Assembly: GCF_009914755.1 (NCBI RefSeq)
Contig: NC_060929.1
Reading direction: 5' to 3' (one strand)
Source: the human T2T-CHM13v2.0 reference genome, Homo sapiens
Length of the DNA: 64,000 nt
In this document: positions 55,447-64,000 of the stretch, in pieces
Numbering within the stretch: the first letter of the stretch is position 1
Layout: each line of letters opens with the position of its first letter
The notes under the pieces: model-generated
The model's database searches: none
The model's input: the letters and a program-made list of their open reading frames with translations, nothing else
Told to the model about the DNA's origin: nothing
Position numbers and translations under genes: made by a program

Positions 55447-58400
55447 TAATTTTTAATTTTTATGGGTATAGAGTAGGTATATATATCTGTAGGATACATG
55501 AGCTATTTTGATAAAGGCATGCAATGCAAAAAAATGACATCATGGAGAATGGGGTATCCATCTCCTTAAGCATTTATCGTTTTTGTGTTAGAAACAATCC
55601 AACTGTATTCTTTTAGTTTTTTTTAAATATACAATTAAATTATGATTGACCATAGTCACCCTGTTGTGCTATCAAATACTAGGGCTTATTCTTCTATTAT
55701 TTTTTACCCATTAACCATCCTACTTCCTTTCTACCACCCCACTACCCTTCTCAGCCTCTGGTAACCATCCTTCTACTCTCTATCTATATGAGCTTAATCG
55801 TTTTGGTTTTCAGATCCCACAAATAAATGAGAACATGTGATGTTTGTCTTTCTGTGCCCTACTTACTTCACTTGACATAATGATCTCCAGTTTCATCCAC
55901 GTGGTTGCAAATAACAGACTATCATTCTATTTTAAAGCTGACTAGTACTCCATCATATATAGGTATCATATTTTCTTTATCCATCCATCTGTTAATGGAT
56001 ACTTAAGTTGCTTCAAAATCTTAGCTATTGTGAACAGTGCTACAACAAACATGGGAGTGCAGATAGCTCTTTGAAACATTGATTTTCTTTCTTTTAGATA
56101 TATACCCAGCAGTGGGATTGCTGGATCATAGAGTAGCTCTATTTTTAGTTTTCTGAGGAACCTCCAAACTGTTCTGCATTGTGGTTGTACTAATTTGCAT
56201 TCCCACCAGCAGCATACAAGTGTTCCCTTTTCTCCACATCCTCCCCAGAATTTGTTATTGCCTGTCTTTTGGATAAAAACCATTTTAACTGGGGTGAGAT
56301 AATAACCCACTGTAGCTTTGATTTGCATTTCTATGATGATCAGTGATGTTGAGCAGTTTTTATATGTCTACTTGGTATTTGTATGTCTTCTTTTGAGAAA
56401 TATCTATTCAAATCTTTGGCTCACTTTTTGATCGGTTTCTTAGATTTTTTTCCTATAGAGTTGTTTGAGTTCCTAATATACTCTAGTTATTAATCCCTTG
56501 TCAGAGGGGTAATTTGCAAATATTTTCTCCCATTCTGGGAGTAGTCTCTTTACTTTGTTGACTTTCCTTTGCTGTGCAGAAGCCTTTTAACTTGATGTGA
56601 TCCCATTTGTCCATTTTTGCTTTGGTTGTCTGTGCTTATGGGATATTACTCAATAAAATTTTGCCTAGACTAATGTCCTGGAGATTTTCCTAATGTTTTC
56701 TTGTAGTAGTTTTGTAGTTTGAGGTCTTAGACTTAAGCCTTTAACACATTTTGGTTTGATTTTTATATGTGGCAAGAGATAGGGGTTCAGTTTCACTCTT
56801 CTGCATATAGATAACCAGTTTTACCAGCAACATTTATTGAAAAGACTGGTTTTACACCAGTGTATGTTCTTGGCACTTTTGTCGAGAGTTCACTGTAGGT
56901 GTATGGATGTTTGTGAGTTCTCTATTCTGAACCATTGGTCTGTGTCTGTTTTTATGCCACTATGATGCTGTTTTGGTTACTATAACTCTGTAGTATAATT
57001 TGAAATAATGGAATGTAATTCCTCCAGTATTGCTCCTTTTACTTAGGATAGCTTTGGCAATGCTGAGACTTTTGTAGTTTCATATAAATTTTAGGATTTA
57101 TTTTCTATTTCTGTGAAGAATGTCATTGGTATTTTGACAGAGATTGCATTGACTCTGTAGATTGCTTTGTGTAGTATGGACATTTTGACAATATTGATTC
57201 TTTCACTCCATGAACATGAAACCTTTTTCCATTTTTTGATGTTCTCTTCAATTTCTTTCATCAAGGTTTTATAGTTTTCATTATAGATGTCTTTCACTTC
57301 TTTGGTTAAGTTAATTTCCAGGTATTTAATTTTATATGTGGCTATTGTAGATGGGATTTTTTTAATTTCTGTTTCAGATTATTCACGGTTAATTTTGTAT
57401 GTTGAGTTTGTATTCTGCAACTTTACTGAATTTGTTTATCAGCTCTAATAGTTTGTGTGTGTGTGTGTGAAGTCTTTAGGTTTTTCCAAATATAAGATCA
57501 TATCATCTGCAAAGAAGGATATTTGACTTCTTCCATTCCAATTTGGATGCCCGTTATATCTTTCTTTTGTATCTTTATATCTTTATTTATATCTTTCTTT
57601 GGTCTGATTAGTCTAGCTAGGACATCCAGTACTATGTTGACAGTGGGCATCCTTGTCATGTTCCAGATCTTAGGAAAAATACTTTAGTTTTTCTCCATTC
57701 AATATGATACTAGCCATGGGTCTATTGTATATAGCTTTTATTATGCTGAGGTTTGTTCCTTCTACCTCTAATTGTTTTAGGGTTTTTGCAATGAAGTGAT
57801 GTTGAATTTTATCAAATGATTTTTCAGCATCAGTTGAAATGACCATGTGGTTTTTATCTTTCCTTCTGTTGATGTGATGCATGACATTGATTAATTTGCA
57901 TATGTTGAACTATCTTTGCCTCTTAGGCATAAATCCCACCTAGTCATGATGAATGATCTTTATAATATATTGTTGAATTTAGTTTGCTAGTAATTTGTTG
58001 AGTATTTTTGCATCAATATTCATCAGATATTGGCCTGTAGTTTTCTTCTTTTGATGTGTCTTTGACTGGTTTTGATATCAGGGTAATACTTACCTGGTAG
58101 AATGTGTTTAAATTATTCCCTCCTCCTCTATTTTTCAGAACATTTTGAGTAGAGTTGGTATGAGTTCTTCTTTAAATGTTTGATAGAATTCAGAAGTGAA
58201 GCCATCAGATCCCAGGCTATTCTTTACTGGGACACTTTTTATTACAGCTTCAATGTCATTACTTGTTATTGGTCTGATCAAGTTTTGGATGTCTTCATGG
58301 TTCAATCTTGTCAAGTTGTATGTGTCTAGGAATTTGTCCATTTCTTCTAGATTTTCCAATGTATTGGCATATAGTTGATCATAGTACCAACTAATGATCC

Positions 58401-59146
58401 TTTGAATTTCTGCAGTATCAATTGTAATGTCTCATTTTTCATTTCTGATTTTATTTATTTGGGTCTTGCCTCTTTTTTCTTAGTCTGGCTAAAGGTTTAT
58501 CTTTTTTTTAACTCTTCAGAAGTCAACTTTTTTTTTATTGATCTTTCATATTGTTTTCTTCAATCTCATTTATTTCTGCCCTGATCTTTATTATTCCTCC
58601 TCTTCTACTAATTTGGGTTTGGTTTGCTGTATTTAAGATGCATTGGATTGTTTATTTGAAAATTTTCTTCTTTTTTGATGCAGACACTTACAGCTATAAA
58701 CTTCACTCTTAGTACTCTTTTTTTGCTGTATCCCACAGGTTTTAGTGTACCGTGTTTCCATTATCCTTTCTTTCAAGAAATTTTTCAATTTTATTCTTAA
58801 TTTATTCATTGACTCACAGGTCATTCAGAAGCATATTGTATATAATTTCCATATATTAGTATAGTTTCTAAAATTCCTCTTATTAATTTATTTTATTCCA
58901 TTGTGGTCAGAGAATATGCTTGGTATTATTGCAATTGTTTTGAATGTTTTAAGACTTGTTTTATGACCTAACACATGTTCTATCCTTGAGAGTAATTCAT
59001 GTGCTGAGGAAAATAATGTATATTCTGCAGTCATTGGATAAAATATTGTGTGAATATTAATTAGATCCATTTGGTCTACAGCGCAGATTACACTGGATGT
59101 CTCTTTGTTGATTTTTTTTTTTTTTGGTCTGGAAGATCTGTCCAAT
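55447..59146 (-). mobile_element. L1MA2-like 3.7 kb 5'-truncated element
   Basis: 3' UTR 'catcatggagaatggggtatccatc...aagcatttatc'; ORF2 peptides (58135-58359 [13 protein letters not shown]); TSD-like tgc(c/t)ttttt on both sides. Confidence 0.9.
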
Positions 59147-60564
59147 GATGCTTTTTTTAAGAAGAGAAAGAGAGACCTTAACTAGCATACTCAACTACTT
59201 CACCATGTGATGTGATATGCCACCCTGATGCTCTGCAAAGAGTTCCCATGAGCAAAGAAGGCTTTCACCAAATGCAGCCCCTCAGTCTTGCACTTCTCAG
59301 GTTCTGTAACTATAAGAAAGAAATTTCTTTTCTTTATAAATTGCCCAGTTTGGGATATTCTGTTATAAGCAGCAGAAGATGGACTAAAACATAATCTGAC
59401 TTGAGAAAGAATCAGTGAACTAAGAAAATAGGTTATTAGAAATTATCTAGTCAGATGAGGAAAATAAATAAATAAAAGAGTAAAGAAAACCTAAAGGACT
59501 TTTGGTACACCATCAAGTGGAACAGTGTATGCATCATAGGAGTCCTTTAACGAGAATACATGTTTTAAACACACACACACAAAACAGAATGCTGATTTTT
59601 TAAAAAATATTTTTGAAAACTCCAAACCTAAGGAATCTGAAATGGGCATCCAGACTCATAAAGCCCAACAGCCCTGAAGTAGGTTAAACCCAAATAAGTC
59701 TACACTAAAAACACTAAACTGAAATTGTCAAAAGTCAAAGATAAAAAGAATTTTGAAAGCAGCAAGAGAAAAATATTTGTCATGTATAAGGAAGCCTCCA
59801 TAAGACTATCAGATTTCTCAGCAGATATCTTGCAGGTCAGAAGGAAGTGGTATAATATATTCAAAATGCTAAAAGAAAAACAAAAAAACAAAAATACCAC
59901 ATAAGGGAAAACTGTCTCTCAAAATGAAAGAGAGATAAACACTTTCCCAGACAAAGACTACGGAAGTTTATCAACACTAGACTTGTCTCAAAAAATTTTG
60001 AAAGGACGTCCTTCAAGTTGAAACAAAAGAATGCAACACAAATGTATATGAAGTACAAAACTCACAAGTAAATATAAACAAATACAGAATACAGTAATAC
60101 TAAAATGGTAGTATAAATCACTTAATTATGATACAGAGTTGAAAAACAAAAGTATTTGGAATAACTGTACTAACAAATATATGTTAATGCATACACTATG
60201 AAAGGATGTAAATTGTGACAGTAATAACAAAGTGTAAAGGGAAAATACAAGAGTAGCATTTTTGTATGAGATTGAAGTTAACCTGTTATTAGCTTAAAAT
60301 AGACTACTATAGCTAAAATATATTTTATGTAAGTTTCATGGTGAAAATATCTACAAAAATACACAAAGAAAACAAAAATGATTGAAGGCATATCACTGCA
60401 AAAAAAATCAATGAATCACAAAGGAAGTCAACAAGAGAGAAAAAGCGGGACAAAAGAACTAGAAAACTGACAATTAACAAAGTGGGAAAAGGACGTTTCT
60501 CCATATAAATAATTGCTATAAATGTAATTTCTTAAACATTTGTTGAATCAAAAGACATAGATTG

Positions 60565-60878
<314 letters not shown>

Positions 60879-61090
60879 CTAGATGGATTTTAAGAAAAAG
60901 ATACAACTATATGCTGTCTACTAAAACTTACTTTAGATCTGAGGACACACATAGCCTGATAATGACACGATACAAAAATATAGTCCATGAAAATGGTAAC
61001 CAAGAAAGCAGGGTTGGCTATCCTTATATTAGACAAAGCAGCTATTAAGTCAAAAATTTTCAGAAGAGACAAGAAGAAATCTATTTAAAA

Positions 61091-61233
61091 AGAAGGCCCT
61101 CACCAGACACCTAAACTGCTCATACCTTGATCTTGGACCTCGAAGTTCAAGATCTTTGAGAAATAAATTTCTATTATTTATAAGTCATTCAGTCTAGGAC
61201 ATTTTGTCAGGGCAGCCTGAACAGAATGTGACA
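61091..61233 (+). mobile_element. MLT1A-like LTR, 3' half only
   Basis: 'ggccctcaccagacac...ccttgatcttggac...gagaaataaatttct...gcagcctgaacag...gaca'. Confidence 0.75.
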
Positions 61234-61934
61234 CTTCCAAACTCATCTGTGAGGCCAGCACTACCCAGATACTAAAACCAGATAAGACCAGTACAAAAAA
61301 CAAAACAAAACAAAAATAACTATAAGCCAATTTTCTTGATACATATGGAAGCAAAATCTTCAATAAAATACTAGCAAACCAAATACAATAGCATTTTAAT
61401 AAGCTCATACACCAACACCAAGAAGGATTTATCCTTGACATGCAAGATGTTTTAACATGTTCAACCCAAACAAAACGATACACCGCATTAACAGAATGTA
61501 AAATAATAAATCATGTGATTGCCTCTATAGATGCAGAAAAATATTTGAAAAAAATTAACATATTGGCCATAATAAAACTTTCTATAAACTAGGTATAGAA
61601 GAAATTTACCTCAAAGTAATAAAAGCCAAGTATGACAAGCCCACAGCTAACATCATTCAAAATAGTGAAAAACTGAAAGTTTGTTCTCCAAGACCAGGAA
61701 CAGACAAGGGTGCCCACTCCAAACACTTCTATTTCCCATAGTACCAGAAGTCCTAACCAAAGAAATTACCAAGAAAAAGAAATAAAAGTCATCTAAATTT
61801 GAAAGTAGAAACAAGTTCTGCTTGTTGATGACACAATTTATATATTTTAAAAAATATAAAGACTCCACCAGGAAAAAGAACTACTAAAAAAAGCAAAGTT
61901 GTAAGATACTAAATCAGCATAAAAAATCAGTCAA

Positions 61935-62390
61935 GAAAGTGGCATCACCAAAATGGCAGAGTAGAAGTCATCTGGCCCACCTTTCCCTTCAGAAAACCAA
62001 AAACAACTATTCGGTGCCATCCTTATCCCAAGGAATATCCCGGAACTCAAAACGGAGACAGTTATGATCCTTGGGGCCAAGGGGAAGTAAAAAAACTGCA
62101 AGCAGAAGTAAGAGAAACAGATCTCTGTATCCACAGTAAGAGAAACAGATCTCTGTATCCACAACAACCCTTTTCCAAACTGGCAGAAAACATGTTGAAA
62201 AGATACCCTGGACTTGTGGTTTCTACAATGGAAAAAATGAGATCAAGTCAGGCATTCACCTTCCTCACCACAGGTTTCTTCACAGGACCAACTCTTCCTG
62301 TCTCGATGCATGAGAAGCAGAAACCAAATCATACTGGCTGTTCAGCATCAGCACACTGTAGGAAGCATGCTCCATGGGTCTTCTGACACA
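61935..62390 (+). mobile_element. Probable L1M 5' UTR fragment
   Basis: Starts 'gtggcatcaccaaaatggcagagtagaag', similar to the aagatggc L1 5' motif. Confidence 0.5.
62107..62162. repeat. Perfect 28-bp tandem duplication
   Basis: agtaagagaaacagatctctgtatccac x2. Confidence 0.97.
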
Positions 62391-62465
62391 AAGATCACAA
62401 CACACATGGTGTCCTTTTCGTTTTCTTTACAGAAAACCTCTGGTTGAAATTTCTGTTGTATCCAA

Positions 62466-63438
62466 GGCACCCTATGGAATGGGAGAAAATTTTTGGAATC
62501 TATCCATCAGACAAAGGTCTAATATCTAGAATCTACAAGGAACTTAAACAAATTTACAAGCAAAAAACAACCCCATCAAAAAGTGGGCAAAGAATATGAA
62601 CAGACACTTCTCAAAAGAAGACATTTATGCGGCCAACAAACATATGAAAAAAAACCATCATCATTGGTCATTAGAGAAATGCAAATCAAAACCACAATGA
62701 GATACCATCTCATGTTAATTAGAATGGCGATCATTAAAACGTCAGGAAACAACAGATGCTGGAGAGGATGTGGAAAAACAGGAACGCTTTTACACTGTTG
62801 GTAGGAGTGTTAATTAGTTCAACCGTTGTGGAAGACAGTGTGGCGATTCCTTAAGGATCTAGAACTAGAAATACCATTTGACCCAGCAATCCCATTACTG
62901 GGTATATACCCAAAGGATTATAAATCATTCGACTATAAAGACACATGCACATGTATGTTTATTGCACCACTATTCACAATAGCAAAGACTTGGAACCAAC
63001 CCAAATGCCCATCAGTGATAGACTGGATAAAGAAAATGTGGCACATATACACCATGGAATACTATGAAACCATAAAAAAGGATGAGTTCATGTCCTTTGT
63101 AGGGACATGGATGAAGCTGGAAACGATCATTCTCAGCAAACTAACACAGGAACAGAAAACCAAACACCGCATGTTCTCACTCATAAGTGGGAGTTGAACA
63201 ATGAGAACACATGGACACAGGGAAGGGAACATCACACACTGGGGCCTGTCGGGGGGTGGGGGCTAGGGGAGGGATAGCATCAGGAGAAATATCTAATGTA
63301 GATGATGGGTTGATGAGTGCAGCAAACCACCATGGCACGTGTATACTGATGTAACAAGCCTGCACATTCTGCACACGTATCCCAGAACTTAAAGTATAAT
63401 AAAATAAATAAATAAAAAATAAAAAAATTAAAAAAAAA
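62466..63438 (+). mobile_element. 5'-truncated L1PA7-like element with a 20-bp TSD
   Basis: ORF2 C-terminus, 3' UTR, A tail; gaaatttctgttgtatccaa at 62446-62465 and 63439-63458. Confidence 0.95.
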
Positions 63439-64000
63439 GAAATTTCTGTTGTATCCAAAACACCTTGATAAATCATGTATTGACTCTTGTTGTGCATTAC
63501 TCTAAATTTAATGTTTGCTAGACAAGGAATATGAAATTACTAAGCAATATAGAATTATTGAATTTTGCCTTCTCTATTTGAGGAAATCAAGAAACATTGT
63601 CTCCCTATTGTTTCTTTCATCATTTTATAAGAGGGTATTTTATTATTACACTTGTCAATTTTGAAAAGTAGATCCAAAAGTTGTCTTCTTATATCCCAGT
63701 ATTTATCAGATAGTCCTTTATTGTTTGCTTTGTAAGTGAGAATACACAACCATGACATTTACATATCTTTAGGAAGAATATGCCATTTAAGCAGTACAGT
63801 CTAGCATGTCACAAACTAACAATATCATCTGCTTTTTAAGAGAAAACATTTAGATTGCCTTATGCAATTTAAAGTTTTCAGTATATTATCATTATCAAGC
63901 ATGAAGGGTATTGTTTAGAAATGTTTATTTTTCAGCCAAACAGAATCAAACTAAATGCAGATATTTTATGCTCCATAAAGTAATTTAGGAAATCACTTAG

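Larger units (their letters stand above)
54256..59391 (+). mobile_element. MSTC/MSTD-like MaLR LTR in three pieces (54256-54321, 55303-55446, 59147-59391)
   Basis: Pieces are colinear with the consensus: 'aaattcatgttaaaatgtaatcccta.cgtgg', 'cctttaagaagtaattggatcatgagggcagagccctc', 'gaagagaaagagagacc...ggactaaaaca'. Confidence 0.82.

Noticed and set aside
62411-62432. Polypyrimidine tract plus AG
   Set aside because: No exon evidence; leads almost directly into an L1.

Overview
Primate (human-like) AT-rich, CpG-poor, gene-desert DNA. By my feature calls roughly two-thirds is transposable element: L1 of many ages (L1M to L1PA2), seven full-length Alus plus a free Alu monomer, MaLR/ERV1/ERVL LTRs, a decayed ERVL-class pol remnant, hAT and Tigger DNA transposons, MIR and L2. 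I see no intact protein-coding gene, RNA gene or CRISPR array, and nearly all supplied ORFs are L1 ORF2 pieces or low-complexity artefacts. The only host-gene-derived sequence is an isolated, 3'-truncated family-7 olfactory receptor fragment (minus strand, 24603-24930; OR7D4-like N-terminus, TM1, TM2) that still has an open frame and a splice acceptor. Best second looks: (1) a ~1 kb non-LTR segment with a poly(A)-like end and an L2 remnant inside a younger MaLR LTR, probably an unannotated retrocopy or orphan transduction; (2) the orphan OR fragment, downstream of a same-strand LTR; (3) three 5'-inverted (twin-primed) L1s, one joining ORF1 to late ORF2; (4) a dispersed repeat pair differing by reciprocal TG/CA changes; (5) a young L1PA2 with no target-site duplication (TSD). 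I found no evidence of a new multi-gene system. Subfamily names come from remembered consensus sequences and need RepeatMasker/Dfam confirmation. Edges of old elements are approximate.
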